Assembly: GCF_006345805.1 (NCBI RefSeq)
Contig: NC_043002.1
Location: 68,882,001 to 68,946,000 of the forward strand
Direction of reading: 5' to 3'
DNA: 64,000 nucleotides
Source: Octopus sinensis
Lineage: Eukaryota
In this document: piece by piece, positions 47,901 through 63,400 of the stretch
Position numbering within the stretch: position 1 is the stretch's first letter
Layout of the letters: every line of letters starts with the position of its first letter
Program-made: the position numbers and the translations under genes
The notes under the pieces: model-generated
Seen by the model: the letters and a program-made list of their open reading frames with translations, nothing else
What the model was told of the DNA's origin: nothing
Database searches by the model: none

Positions 47901-50900
47901 TCAAATCAAGGACATAGATATTCATTCTTAATATGTTCCAGCAGATTCAAACACGAATATGCTAATTGCTATTGTATTTTGTCATTGGAGAGCAAAATCT
48001 CCTTTCAGATGATTATCTGTTTGTAACACACTTGATTTATTGAGTTAAGGGGAATTTGAATTCTTGGTGTTTTGATTTTATTGTGTCTCTCTTCACTCGA
48101 AGGTTTCTTGGACCAATGAATCTAGCAAGAGTTCTGACTCTTGATTATAGAATTCAGCTAACAAATTATTTACTGATGCATGCTAACTGATAATAGATCA
48201 TCATGTGCATTGTGGACAGCAAAAATAAAAATGATGACATACACATTCATTTTTAATATGTTCCTGCAGAACTTACAACTTGATTGCTGAATTGAAAATG
48301 ATTAATGACTGATAGAATCCACTGAGTTATAAGACTTGTAAATATTTTTGCATTATCTAATGGATATGAAGTCTACAAAAATTATAAATTTTTTGACGAA
48401 TACCATACTCATAAAAATGCAATTTTGGGGGAATAATTTCCGTTTGCTAATTTTCTGTACTGTGATACACACAGGCACACACATACATACCCCACTGCCA
48501 CAGCAATACATACACACATACATATGTCAGCTAGTTCCTCACATTTAATTATTTGTATTTTGCATTTCTGATTATTAGACTAGGTTTGGGATATGATGTA
48601 AGTGATTCATTGTTTAGAATGTATAGACACTTACAATGAATAACCAAATATGAAGAGTCAGCTGTCATAACCATATATAACTCTTGCCCCTTGACATTGA
48701 GTTTCATACATATATAAAACAGTTGCACATCTTAAATATTGACGGCAGTTTTGTCTTGTGGAAATATGTGGTATTTACAAGGATTTTATGTTTAATACAT
48801 TGATTCAGTTACTTGTGTTCTAGTTTACGTAACACTACCACAACTTGGGTTAGTTGCTATGGTGAAAGTTTATTGGCTGGATGGTCTTCCGCCTGACTCG
48901 GGCAAGCATAAAACATACAGATGTTAAAATATAAGTGGATGATCATTGAAAAAAAGAAAAAATCTATATTTGGGTGTTTGCTTTCAGCTTGGCAGATTCC
49001 TTTACGTGTTTCTTTTCTTTTCTATTTTTGATGTAAGTAAAGGATAAAGTTTGGCAAATTATACGTACTTCAAAGTATTTTAGTATTTGAATAAATTTAT
49101 TATTTGCAGTGATAGTTAAAAAAATTACCTAAAAATAACTGCAATTTGAAATCTGTTTGAATATCTTGAAATTTTATTGCATTATTATGATTTTTTAAGT
49201 ATAATGTAAGCTGCAAGTGGCTTCCATATAGGAAATAGATATCCTTTAAACTTATATCCAGGGCTGTGGAGTCAGATGCAATTATTAGTTTACTGGAGTT
49301 GGAGTTAAGTGGTAAAAATGTGCTAACTCCAACTAAATGTATATTGTAATATATGTCTTGAAGTTTTAAACAATCCTTTAATCTTGAAAAGGAAGGGTTA
49401 TATATCTAATTGAGTTTATTTCTTTTAAAATGGTTTGTTTAGTTGCTTTAAGTCTTTTAGTGCTAATTTAGATATAATTTAGATTTTTGAACTGTAAAGA
49501 ATGATGTTCTTAATTTCAATAAAAGAAATATATGACTAGAAAAATATAAGAAATGCTTGATTAGTTTAATTGCATATACAGGAGTTGGTGGTCCATAAAG
49601 TGATGAGGCAGTCTTGCTAAGATCATCATCTTTGAATTAATACATATTATTAAATGCTCTTTGAATTCCAAAAGAGAAATCCAATGAGCCAATCTCAGAT
49701 TTTTTTCTTTTCCTGCTGCTAATCACTCAAATACGAAGAACCTGTTTATCAGTCAGGAAAACTGAGACAAGGAAAGTTACTTTGCTTATGTCATTGTAAA
49801 ATGATGAGGAGGCATAAATTCATGGCTACAAAGCTGTTGTGTATGTGATATAAACATATGGGAGAACAGTGGTTGGTAACCCTTATATTTCAAGAAGGGT
49901 ACTTACAAAGGGCCTAGGAAGTATGTGTTATTCTTGTTGAGTTTAGAATCTTTGTCAAGAATGGTGTGACCAACTCTATTACTAATGTACTTCTATTATC
50001 TTACATAAAATGTGTCAACTTATGAACTGATCTGTTTTGTAGTTGTTTTTTTATCCTTATTAATTTTTCAGCTTTGTGATGTCCATTATTCTTCAGTATT
50101 CTATTTCTTGTGCCTTTGAAATACATGTATCTAAAGTACTTAGGACATTTGAGGCATGATTAAAAGTATGACAATCTCAGATACAATTTCCATGGTCAAG
50201 TAATTTTTTTGAAATAAATAAATGTATTGTTTATAATCATCATTGCTATTTATACAATTTCCTATGCTGATAGGAGGCAAATAATTGATCTGATCAGCTG
50301 TGCACAAATTTATGTAATACTATTACTAAAATTAATAACTGAGAAAAATGAATTTTACATGGCTTTTATTGAGTTGTTTTTCTTTTTCTCTCTTTCTCTC
50401 TCATGATAATTTGTGTACATAGTTTGACTGTACTGTGCTTATATTGGCTTTTCTGATTGAGAACATACAATACTTGTAATCTTAGAGATGTATCACATGA
50501 TACGTGTTCTATTTATGTGCTGAAAGCCTGGACAGTAAAGGAAAGATGTTGAGGATGGATGTTGAAAAATTTTGTAAGGTCTTGTTGTAATCGGTACATG
50601 TCTAAGAAATATGGAAGTTTCTGCTAATTGCATAAGTAGTGAATGCAGATTTTTCTTGGCTAATATGGAATGTGAAATTAGGAAAGATGAAGAAATCTCT
50701 TGACTGATCTATTATGGTACAAATTAGTTTTGGGGAAAATACCTTGTTATAAAAGTCAGTGTGTGGGTAATTAAAAAAATATTTATGCAATTTTAGAAAA
50801 AATTGCATGACGATACAAATACTTAGTATTGATTGCCTGAAAGATTTTGTCAACAAGGAAATTGAATTTAGAGCTGATAAATTTATTCCAATCTCATATC

Positions 50901-51838
50901 TAGTTGGTGTTTTATTTCATCTGCAGAATTGACATTGTTAAGGTTGAGGGAATTTGCTATTGTTAGCATATGTTCTTTCAGTGATTTTGCTTTTGTTGTA
51001 TACCACATGTCAGCAATTCAGAGATTTAACTATTGTCATAGAGTTGTGTCCTTGAACAAGCACATGACTTTAGTTACACTTATACTTTTATTACCCTGAC
51101 TGAACAAAAATTAAATATCACTCCTACTCTATGGTTGAGTGGATAGCAATACAAAATGTATCTTTCAGCAATTTCTATAAGAAATAAACCGTCCATGTAA
51201 GGTTGAAAAATGGATGTAAAATAGAAAGAACAAAAAAAGCTGTCATGCTTTTATTTTTACTTTATAGCACACCATTTTACTTTTTTTTTTAATCATTGCA
51301 TGGGTTGGACAGGTCTTCTCTGTTAGTGTTCATTTGTGGTCTTTTGCCATCTCCTTCATGTGAATCAACTTTCAACACATCTTCCTGTATCTTCCTCATT
51401 TTTCATCTTCAGAACATTTGCTTATTTAAGCTGGGGCTCTTCTTTATCTAATTGTCATCCTCCCTATGCATCACATGTTCATTTCAGCTGAGACTTCTTT
51501 CTTGAATACTACATCTGATTCGTCTTACACTCAGTTTTTCTCTCAGCTCACTTGTACTTCATAGTTTATGTACATTAATATCATACACTCAGTTGAACAT
51601 CCTACCTCATTCTTCCTAGCCTTTGCACATCCTCTTCATTTACTACCATGAAATGTCATTTCTTTGCAAACATTTTACAGTCTGCATTTCACTTGGAGAC
51701 AATGCCTTTGTTGCTTGCAGAAGTAATAGCTCCTTGAACTTTTACCATCCTATTTTTACTCTGGCTGTTATGTTCTTGAATCCCCACCACATCCACTATT
51801 GTTAGTTAAGTCACCTATGTAACAGAGTTTATCAACTA

Positions 51839-53092
51839 TTGGGTTGGCAAGAAAGTAATTTCGTTTTTTTAGTGTGAAATATGTTATTTTTTTTCATACA
51901 AAGAATGAACTTTAATCAATGATATATTTTCCATTTTGTTCAATGACCGTTTGCCATCTTTCTGGCAACTTCATGATTCTGCACTCATAGAACTTCAGGT
52001 CCTTATCAGCCAAAAACTGAAGCAAGTGTGATTTCAGATCATCATTATTGAAAGTTTTACCATTCAAAGAATTTTGCAAACTTCAAAATGAATGGTAATA
52101 TGATGGTGAAGGTCAGGGCTATTTGGTGAATGTGACATCACTTCACAACCAAGCTCCAATAATTTTTAACAAGTTAGCAAAGACATGTGTAGTCTAGCAT
52201 TGTCATGGCGGAACATGATTCCTTTATGATTTGCCAATTCTGGCTGTTTTTCTTTGACTGCTTCTCCAGTTTCATTAGTTGTTAACAGTAAACATCTGAA
52301 TTGATAATTTGGTTCCTTGGAAGCAGCTCAAAATACACAACACCTTTGTAATCCCACCAAATTGACAGTATGACCTTTTTTTAATGCAATTCAGCTTTTG
52401 ATTTGGTTTGTGCTGGTTCATTATACTTGGACCATGATTGTTTTTGATTGATGATATTGTAGACAATCCACTTTTCATCACCAGTGATGATTCATTTAAA
52501 AGAAAAGGTCGATTTCATTGCGTTTGAGATGCATATCTCAACTATTGATTGTGTTAAGTGAATCTCTTTCAATTTATGTGGCACTCAAATATCGAGCTTC
52601 TTGTCGAGTCCAAAACATTTTAAGTGATTTTCAATTGTTGTGTGTGATACATTTAACTTCTCTGCAATCTCTCACAGTTATATGACAAACAGATTCAATT
52701 ATGGCTTGGATTTGGTCATCAACTTCAATAGATTGATCAGAACATTGGTCATCTTTGAGTGAAAAATCTCCAGAACAGAATTTTTTAAGCCATTTCTGAC
52801 ATGTGTGTTCTGTTAAGCAATCAACACCATAAACTTCATATATCTCTTTATGGGCTCAGTAACTTTCTTGCCTTTACCAAAATAAAAAAGCAAAATATGG
52901 TGAAAATGCTCATTTTTGCATTCCATGTTACAATTGATACTGAACTAACTTAAGTGCCATTTGCTTCTAAAGTAAACTAGAAGTAACAAGCTATCAAATG
53001 TCAAAAGGAAAAAATCATAACATTGACAAAAGTCATTAAAAAAAATCATAACTCTATTTTCGAAAAACGAAATTACTTTCTTGCCAACCCAG
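51839..53092 (-). mobile_element. Full-length mariner (DD34D) DNA transposon, decayed
   Basis: About 30-bp TIRs (ttgggttggcaagaaagtaatttcgttttt) matching at 29/30, TA on both flanks, 1254 bp. Confidence 0.95.
51912..52926 (-). pseudogene. Mariner transposase pseudogene
   Basis: MECKNEHFHHILLFYF, ITGDEKW, WWDYKG, HDNAR and SPDL motifs, with multiple stops and frameshifts. Confidence 0.93.
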
Positions 53093-55753
53093 TACTTTTT
53101 TGAGGCCTTCTGAGGAGTTGCTAAAATTTATTTCATGGATGCTGTTATTACTAACTACTTCTGGGTATCTTTTACATGAAGTCCTTCTCTGTTAGTCAGC
53201 CTGTGATTCCACTGCACCTCATGTGCAACCACCATATGGAATTCTTACTTATTTTTTATTTTATATTTTGTTCATGTCCACTCCTCAGAAGCCCATAAAA
53301 TCCTATCTTTTTTCCCTGCCTACTAAAACTTGTGTTGGCTGTCTTTAATTCTTTGCATTTCAGATTAAATGTACCAACCAGATTATTTGGTTTCTTTCTT
53401 ATCATTTACATCACTAACCGTAAAACTCATCCTACAGAACTTTTGCTTCTGCAAGTGCAAATGACAAATGTTTGTCATTCAGCATTGCTTTAGTCTAGAA
53501 AATGTGAACTGGTACAGATAGTGCTAAAGATTACAAAAGCAGAAATGATTACTGAGATAAATATGATTGTGTAATATGAGGTCTTTAAGATGGAAATATA
53601 ACTACTGTAGTATTTAATTAACAGAAGTAATGATTATCATTATACAATGGTTTAATGCATGAGTTTGCAAAATTCCTTGCTACTACCTCTTTTCTTAGTG
53701 ACCCTGTTTTTAGCTTTTGTTTCAGTTTTTATTCCTATGGTTTTATCATAACGTGTCTAATACATTTTTCACATAAAACATGAGAGATAACACTAATCTC
53801 TGGTCATTCCAAGTAATAGCTGCAGTTTCTGAATCCCAGTTGCATACTGCTTTGTCATAGGAGCAAGCATTGTTGTGTGATTAAGAAGTTCACTCCACTA
53901 TCACATGGTTTGAAGTTCAATCTCGTTGCACAACACCTTTGAATTTGGTAGCCGAAAACTGCAAAAGCCCATTGTACATATATGTATGCCCTGTTTGCAT
54001 TTGTGTGTTTGATACAACACTGCTGGTTGAAAAACTGGTGTTATAATGAAAAAGGTAACTTAGCCACTTGATAAAATAAGTACCAGATTCAAGTAAGCAC
54101 TGGAGTTAATATGATATAGTTAAACCTATGGCCATGGTGTATTGACCAGTGAAAACCTGTGAAAGAATAAAGGGAGTTATTTTACTACTTATCTTTCTAA
54201 TCACTTCTCTTCAAGAGGTTATTAATTTTCAGTTTTATAATATCATCCCTTAAAATAGAAATTAGACTGGTGCTTTTTGAATATGTAGAAATATTACTAC
54301 GAAAAATATCTCTTTAAACTTTCAGTAATTGCAAAAGAATTGTATAGCTATTGTCTTTTATTTGGTTCTGCTATGAGGCTTGATTAGCAATGTCTTGATA
54401 GCAAAATGTATCTATTACTTTATCTTAACTACCATAGCAATTTATCTACTACTTTATTATCTTTTATGTCAATATGCTATCTTGATTTCTATCAAGTTAA
54501 AAGGTTATATAACTTGTACATCTATCTATGTAATGTAGAATATCTCCCGCTTTTGCTTACATATTCATTAAGGCTATTTATCTGTTGAGAAATTAGGTCT
54601 CAGTATTTGAGATTAGTATTAGTATTAATTATATTGCACCATTTATTTTAACTTTATTATTCTTTGTGATTATTGTTGAGCTAAAGCTAACTCTAATAGT
54701 TTTTTTCCTTTTTTTACAATTTACATTAACCAGCTGTCTTTTATCAGCATCTATTTAAACTAAGCTTTATTTGGTAGCAGTAATAGTTACAAATTGACTA
54801 TAAGCACACACACACATACACGCACACATACACACACACACAGACACACTAACAGAGCCTGTAAGAGTTGTTAAGATTTCTTTACACTGTGAAGTTTCTT
54901 AAACAGAATAATTGTAGATCTATAGACTGTTTTATTCTCCCACATCAATTCTCTAAATATAATAATGATGTAAAAGTATTACACAATGATGCGTTTTGAA
55001 AATTGTTTTGCTTGGGAGTTGGCATAATTATTATGGGAATTGCTATAATTATAGAATCCTCTTGTACAGAAAAGAATAAATTAGCTAGGACAAGACAAGA
55101 GGATAAATTTGTTAGTTGAACTGTAACGTTGCACAGTGAATACATGTTTAAATATAAAGAAAATGAAGTGTGCCCACACTGAAAGTATGTCACACTTGTA
55201 ACTTGTTTACTTACACAACTCAGACAAATCCAGCTTTAAAGTTTTTTGTTTTTTTACTTCAAAAGAATTCAAGTAACTAACAATACTTTCACATTATAGG
55301 GTTTATCGGAGTTAAATACTTGTCCCTTGCTTAGATCTTTTATTTTTTGACTGAATCTTAGATTTCTTTTTGTTCATATTTTATGGTTAATAATAGAATT
55401 TAGATGAAATTATTTGATTTCAAAATAGACAGTGATTACTATGAAGAAAATTAGAAATAAGTGAACATACAAGTTGAAATTTTGTTAATAATATTAACCT
55501 GACGAAACTTATAACCGTTTCATTATTTTGAAATATATATACAACTTTATTTAATAAAACAATTTTTTATTTAGAAATTAAATAAAAAAAAAAGTGGCTA
55601 AATAATTATATCATATGATATAAATTTTGGCTCCAGGTTCAGTCCCACTGCATGACACCTTGGATTTGTCTCTTCTACTATAGCCCTGGGTTGACCAAAC
55701 CCTTGTGGGTGGATTTGGTTGAAAGAAATTGAAAGAAGCCCATTGTGTATGTG

Positions 55754-55788
<35 letters not shown>

Positions 55789-56977
55789 TAATGTCTCTTT
55801 GCATTGTCATCATGTATCAGTTGTCAATGTGTATCACTATCATGTAAGCATGTATCCTTTATTTCCAATCTTCCATGAAAACATGCCTGGTCATAGGGAA
55901 ATATTACATCACTTAAATACTGCAACAGGAAGTGCATCTGGCTGTAGAAAATCTGCTTCAACAAATTCCATGCAAGCATAGAAAGGTGGATGTTCACACT
56001 ATGCTGATGATGAAAATACCCCCTCCATCTCCCCAAACACTGAGAAAGCTTGCAAATAAGAAACCTGTTTAAATGAATTGTTCTAACTGTTCATTTGGTC
56101 TTCTTACTGTATAAACACTATCTTGATAGTGTGTTCTATAGCATAGCAGAGTTACAGTAAAATTTTATTTCTGATAAATTTTAAAGTGTGTGAAATTAAG
56201 AATAAATTATGTGGTTTTATTTATTACATATTTATTAATCATTTGTTATTAGTTATAAAGAACTATATATGTATTTTAGACTATATATTTCTATAATAAT
56301 ATCTCAAGAATAGTATTTTGAAACTTATTTGACTTCAATTTTTTCCATACATATGACAGCTGCACTTTTATTAAAGTGGCATGTTATCAAAAACAATAGA
56401 ACTCTGGACGAGGAGTATTTAGCCTCTTCCTATTTTCTAAGTTCAAAGCTTTAATTTTCTTCCTTATAAGTACTAATAGCTACAAATGTGGTCAATTCAA
56501 TTCATTATACATTCCCACCTTACAAAAATTTGCCTTGTATCTGAGCAAATCATTTTTTTGTTTTTATTAGCTTGGTTGCATTTGTCTGTAATTGATGGCT
56601 TGGCATTTCTGTGAGGTGTGTGTGTGTGTATATATTTATAATTTAGATGTAACCTGTTTTTTTTCTAGATAGCACTTTTATGCTGTGTTTTGACAAAGGA
56701 AATATTTCAGTGCTGGATTGAACCTTCTAGTTTCTTCAGAAGAATTCATCCAGTTTGCTTTAACTTAACAATTAACATTCATTTCATTCATTGCTTTTTA
56801 TATTTTGTTTTTGAGTTCTCTCTGTATAATAATTTGTAATGTTAATATAGTAACATGCATATCAATGGGTCTTGGATTATAATAGTAAATTTCTAAATTA
56901 GGCACAAGCCAGAAATGAGTGGGGAGGTTGTTGGTTAAATTGTATTTGACTGGAACTTTATTTTATCAACCAGTGAA

Positions 56978-57283
56978 AGCACTTAGCTTAGTGGTTAGTG
57001 TATCTGGCTCACAATCATAAGGTCAGGAGTTTGATTCCCAGCAGTGCATTGTGTACTTAAGCAAATCAATTTATTTTACAAGCTGACAAAAACGAGTAGT
57101 ACCTGTAATTCAAAGGGACAGCTGTGTCACATTCTGTGTCACACTGAATCTCCTTGAGAACTATGTTAAGGATACCCGTTACTGTGGAGGGCTCAGTCAC
57201 TTGCATGTTAATTTCACAAGCAGGCTGTTCCATTGATCAGACCAACTGGAACTCAAGTTGTCATAACCAACAGAGTGCCATTC
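56978..57283 (+). mobile_element. tRNA-derived SINE family D nested in a family A copy
   Basis: A-box AGCTTAGTGG, B-box GTTTGATTCC. 19-bp flank duplication tattttatcaacc(a/c)gtgaa at 56959-56977 and 57284-57302. Confidence 0.7.
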
Positions 57284-60099
57284 TATTTTATCAACCCGTG
57301 AATATTGAAAGGTAAAGTTGACTGTGACAGGATTTGAACTCAGAATATATAAAAAAAATTTGCAATATATTTTGTTCAATACATTTTGTTGCAATACAAA
57401 TTGATTCACAGATGGCATATTTTCACCTATGTATGTTACAGTTCTTGAAGGTAATCTGTAATTACACTCCCTAAATAACAAAAACACTTATTAATTCAGA
57501 TATTTTTCTTATTTTGAGGTTTAAAATTTTTTTTTTCTTACTTAATTATAACACCCATGAACATTTGCAGTACCTATGAGTACAGCACCCATGAACTTTC
57601 GCAGGGCATCTGGAGTTAGTAGGTGGTGGGGAAGAAACTACGTCAGACCAGAGACACTGGATTTGAATGCTTGCAACAGAATAAACTCTACCAAAGGCAT
57701 TCAAATATAAGGTGTGGTGGTGGGTTATTAAACTGGGTGACAGATTAAGTTTACTATTCAAATTTAGCTTTATTTTTGTATTATAGTATTTTCTTGTCAT
57801 GCTTGAGTGGTTTCATAAACATGAAGGAGAAGTTGTTCAAGCAAAACTAAAGTACATATAAAAATAAGAAAATGTCACGATTTTACTGAAGTAAAAAAAG
57901 GAAAGAAAAAACTGCTTGATCATCTAATGACTTGACAAATGTTAACCTACATAATTTAATATAACAAAAATACACTTTCATTTTTTTAATTTATTTATTT
58001 TTGGGGTATAAATTTTATGAAATATTGAAAATAATATTTATAGAAAGTGCCAACTTGCTTGAGAATACTCCAAGTTATATGATATAAACTTCCTGCTTTA
58101 AAATAATCTAAATTAAAACCTTCCATCAAATTTTCAGGTTAATTCATATTACAAACACCAGCTTAATGACAAATTTATTTTACAAACTTCTTCGTTATTG
58201 TCAAACCATACTGAAAAAAATGAAGCAGTGTATTTCAACAGAACTATGGTAATGAAAGGAATTGGTTATTCCTTCTTATCCCTTTTGTGACTATATTTCT
58301 ATGGATATATGTTTGTGTTTCAAATAATTGTAGTAAACTATCTTAACGTGTAACTTGATATAATGGTGTTCACAAACTGAAATATTAATTTCAATCAAAC
58401 CATAGTGAAATTTTACTTGAGGTATCCAATTTCAACAATCTAACATAGTTGGCTCAGGCAGGTTTATATTAAAGAGTTAATCTATATTTATTCAAGTGTT
58501 TTGTCAACACCTGTATTACTTCTATTTTTTTAGATAACTATGTAGCTAAGGAGGTTTCTATTTTATTTGATTGCCAAAGATGTTAGAAAACCAAATTATA
58601 TTTTATAATAATGGATTCCTGATACAAATTGCATGTAATTTAGTACTGTATACATCGTTGAATACTACTAAGAAAGAAGACATAAAACTTCTTTCAAAAG
58701 GTGGACAAATAGTTGCATACAAATATTGAGGCATTAATATTAGTCAGACAATCAAAACGTAATGTTCTTAGCTTTAGCTGGTTTTCTAGAACAGCACTGA
58801 CATAAAAGAAATGATAATGTGAAAAATAAGATATTGATTTCCCAAAGAAAGGTAGACAAGAAATAAGACAGACATGAAGGATAGCTTCATCAATCCTCTG
58901 GCATCTAGCTATGATTTGATTTCCTTTATTTACAAACTTTTGTTTTAGATAATGCTGCGTAGATTTAAAGATGATGTAACTTTGCTCCACAATAACCATG
59001 TGCCTTTTTTATAATGACAATAAGGGTGATAGATTGGTAGAATTGTTTGAGTTGGGCAAAATGTCTTCCAGTATTTCTTCCAGGCTCTTTATATTCTGAG
59101 TTCAAATCATGGCAAGGTCAGCTTTGCCGTTCACCCACACCCCAGGGTCAATAAAATAGTGTACCAGTCAAGTACCATGGTTGATGGCTTCAAGTAACCC
59201 ATCTGATAATTGCTGATTTGTGCCTAAATTAGCAACAATCATAATGTAACATAATGTATTTGATTTCTTTAGTGGTGTTTCTGTTAATTTTTTGATTGTT
59301 TGAAAGTGACCTGCAACTTCTGTCACCATTTTTGTCTCATTTCTTATTTTCAAAAAACTTTAAGCCGGCTGATGAAGCATTTATAAATATATTTTTGTTT
59401 GGTTTGATTTTTGGGTGTCTGCAACAAAACAAAATAAGCTTTAAAAAAAAATTTTATGAAAATATTTTGGTAATGTATTACACACAGACACACACACATG
59501 GACTATCTGATTACTTTATTAATCTTTCAGTGTCACTATTATATTTCTTATGCACCATCCTTATTACTACTTTCTCAAGCATTTCAATGTGGTTTAATAC
59601 CACAATGTGGTTTACATTTACTTGCATTCCGCCAAGATAAAATTCCTTAATTCAAATGTAGCTGCACAAAGAAGGAATATAGTTATGAATGCATCTACAA
59701 GAAAAAACTTTTTACATTTTTTAGAGCAAATATAACTTTAATGTTTTTAGGTTAACTAGATTCGCATGTTGATTTTACTCCATTTGTACTGATAAGAAAG
59801 GATGAGGTGATGTAACCCCATCTCTTTTCATTCTGTCTTTATATTTGATGAAGTCAATACTTCAACTGGTAGTTATTTAACGTTTAATCCAATTTTCATC
59901 TACATATAATTTTAACTTTTAAAAGGGTATTTCTCTTTCTTTGACCAAATGTTATCATTCAAAATGGCAATCATTACAGCCTGTCACTCTCTACTTGATG
60001 TTTTCATGTTATACCTATGTCTTTTGTAGTAAATCAGCCAAGTAAGATTTAGCCTGTATGGTAAAAATGCAGCTGCTTTTAGCTTCATATACCAGTTCA

Positions 60100-60450
60100 C
60101 AAACCTGGGCACCAAACTGTTAATTGTTAAACATTTTTGTTAACGATTTAACTTTTTTGTTAACATTATCGGACTAATTAACTTCCGTTAATTCAAGTAA
60201 GCTTGAGTTAACTTCTGTTAACTTCAATTCAATTGAAGTTAATGGATTTTATAATTTTGGTACTTTTTAAAGGTGTTTTTAGTGCAAAAACTGATTTTTT
60301 TTTTCTATAATAAAAATTGTTAACAGTTTATTGATAACTTCCGTTACATTGTTAAAGAATTAGCTGATTAACAGTTATCAAAGTTAACTTTTTGGTTAAT
60401 GGATTAACGGTTAATGAAGTTAACTTTTTGATTAATGGTGCCTACCTTTG
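60100..60450. mobile_element. hAT-type MITE rich in GTTAAC/TTAAC motifs
   Basis: 15-bp TIRs matching at 12/15 (caaacctgggcacca and tggtgcctacctttg). 8-bp flanks ccagttca and cctgttca (7/8). Confidence 0.65.
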
Positions 60451-63400
60451 CCTGTTCATTACTTAATTTATTAAAATAATACATTGTCATTGTCATCATC
60501 ATTTAATGTTTGTTTTTATTGTATTTGGATGCCCTTCCTAATGCCTACCACTTTACAGTGTGTATGGGTGCTTTTCTCATGCCACCAGCACTTAAAGTAA
60601 CCTACAAGACAGAAAAAGAAGTAAAAGAAAAATCCCCTTGACTAAATGGCAGTGGGAAGTATTTGAGAAAAAGGTGGCTTTATGCCAGATGTCAAGAGGC
60701 TAAAGTATGATGGAGGGACAACTGCAGGTGTCTTGCTAAGGGAAAAATGCATGGCCATCCCATATTATATAAGAGTAGATGGTAATAACTGGGAAGATGA
60801 GACCTAATGGAAAAATTCTCATTTTCAATAACCTTACCTCAATTGTGATGTCATAATTCATATTAACTATTATTTCAGAATTTCTTTAATTTCCATTTAT
60901 ATTCCCCTACTGCCCCTAACTCATGCATCCATCATTCACTGTGTCTCCACCCTTCAACCTTACCCAATCTTTATATTTGTCATCTCCTTTCCCATATCTT
61001 GCACTCCCATACACTCTTGCAACCTCTACCAACCCAAACTCCTGGTTCCCCTGTTCCCACTCACCTTGTACCTTGAGGGCCCACTAAAATACCTCATCAC
61101 CACTATCTCTTTCCAATTCCACCCAACCTCTCCTGCTCTCTTGTCTAAAATGTGACTAGTGTTGTAGCTCCTTTACAGCAGGAAACCTATTCTGCTTAGG
61201 CCCATTCTTTCATACTTTCACCCATCATCTCCTAGTATGAAGCTGCCCGCTCAGAATTTCATCACCTTCGAAGCCTCGTGGCAGCCTCTCTGGTGCTGGT
61301 GGTATGAGAAAAGCACTCAACACTAACTAAAGTGGTTGGCAGTAGGAAGGGCATCCAACAATAGAAATCATGCCAAAGTAGACCCTGGAATGTAATATGA
61401 TCTTTGAACTCATCAGATACTGTCATACCATCTAACCCTCCAGCATTGAACTTGGATGTTAAATGATGATGGTGATATAAGGCATATGCTTCTTTTATAA
61501 GATGCTGATCACTAATGCACCCCTTATTTCGTTTTTCATTTATGGTATTCAGGCAGTCTCTTCTCTCCAGAAGTTTATTCCATTATAACACTTTAAACTA
61601 TTACGCCGTGTCGATCAATCTACCCCTTGCCTTTGCTCTAATTCTTCATTGAACAATAGGTTTAATCTTTTCTTTTTTAACACTATCTTATGGAATTTAC
61701 AAAATTTGACCTAGTAAAATTGAAGGAGGTTATCTCCTGTACACTCTATCACATTATGAAACTTTTCAGGCTTTTTTTATCTAGAGATTTATCATGATCA
61801 TGACCAGCACTCTTTTGCCTATAGTTTTTGTCACAGTCTGTTTTGCTTGCTTTTGTGGCTCTTCTTTAGTCTGCTACATAGAAATTATCAGTTTAGTGTT
61901 ACCTGGTTAGGAAAGATAATTTTTCAAAGGTAAAATATAAATGAGGTAGATGAGCACTATTAACTGAATTTATACAGCTAATCTGGAGGATAGACCGAAT
62001 TCAAATGAGTTTACTACTTGTTACTTTCAAAGGAGATTTAAGTGATATAGCAATGTGGTGATTATCTTTTTTAAAATGTTTTATTTATTTATTTAATCTG
62101 TTTTTCTTCCATGCTAATATTGTTTGGGTGTTTCTGTAAATATGTATATTTGCATAAGAGGTGTTAGCGCAAGTGTTTTTACTACTGGATGCTTTCTTTT
62201 TAAAGGTAACTATGTTATGGGAGTATTATCTATATTTTCGATGAGGTTGACTTTAGACAAGCAGTGTATGTTACCTCAGAGCTGATTATGTGTTATGTAA
62301 TTCAGTAGATGATTGAAATTAACTGTTACATTACAGAAGGTACTTGATCAGAAGGTCAGAAACCTGTTTGTTAGCTCTAGCTAAAGGTGAGTAGAGGAAA
62401 ATAAATGAACAACTGTATGTTGAATACAAGTACCGTTTTACAGGTTTGCCCAAGCTGTGGAAATAGGGATTACAAAAAAACAAAAACATGTGAAGTGTTT
62501 ATGAGATTTAAGTATTGATGATTCTAAATATGGACAAAAGTAATCAAAGACTGAATGTTACTTTTAGAACTAGGTGAAATAAATTCCTTATCAAATGAGT
62601 TGCTAAATGTGAATTTATCCAATCTCACAAACTATTTATACATCTCAATAAGGCAGTGCATATTGGATCATCTGGTAAAGGTTTCCAATTGAAGGCTTGA
62701 TTAGGTCAATAACTGCAAATAGCAACTTCTTGTAATGCTTTATTTTTATTTTTCCTTCTCTAATTTATAATACTGCTGCTCTTAGAATTCTCATTGTTAT
62801 TTATAATTTCGTTGTTTTACATTTGTTAGCAGGTGTTCTATTTAGAAGAAAATTCTTTAGGGAGGAAATTTGTGATTTGGTTTCAATTCTGGTTTGAAAT
62901 GTTTTCTTTCAGCTATACAAATACTCATGGGAAAGGCATGAATGTTGAAGAATCCCACATTTCTTTATTGTTTAGGCTTTTGTAGCCATTTAGGAAAACA
63001 TTGAATTTATTTTTCAATTCTTTGATTCACATATATTTGTCATATTTGTATTTTAATTTTATTTCCTTATTTAAAAAAAAAATAGTCTTCAGTCATATAT
63101 GGAAGAGCCCTAGTCTAGAGTAAAACTGTGTATGTGTGTGAATTATATACTCACTCATATTATTCATGCATTATATTTTGTTTATTTTTTTTAACTAGAA
63201 ATTTACTATTACGCACTTTTAGCAAGTTTTATATTTATGTACATTAAAAAAACATTCAGATGATGGGTAATATACCTATGTTGAATTATTAATAGTATTG
63301 TTGCTAGTTGCCAATAAATTCTCCTGTAGCAAAGATTTAGAACAATGTCCATTGTTGAAGAAACAGATTTAACTACTTAGTTGTTGATATAAATGGATGA

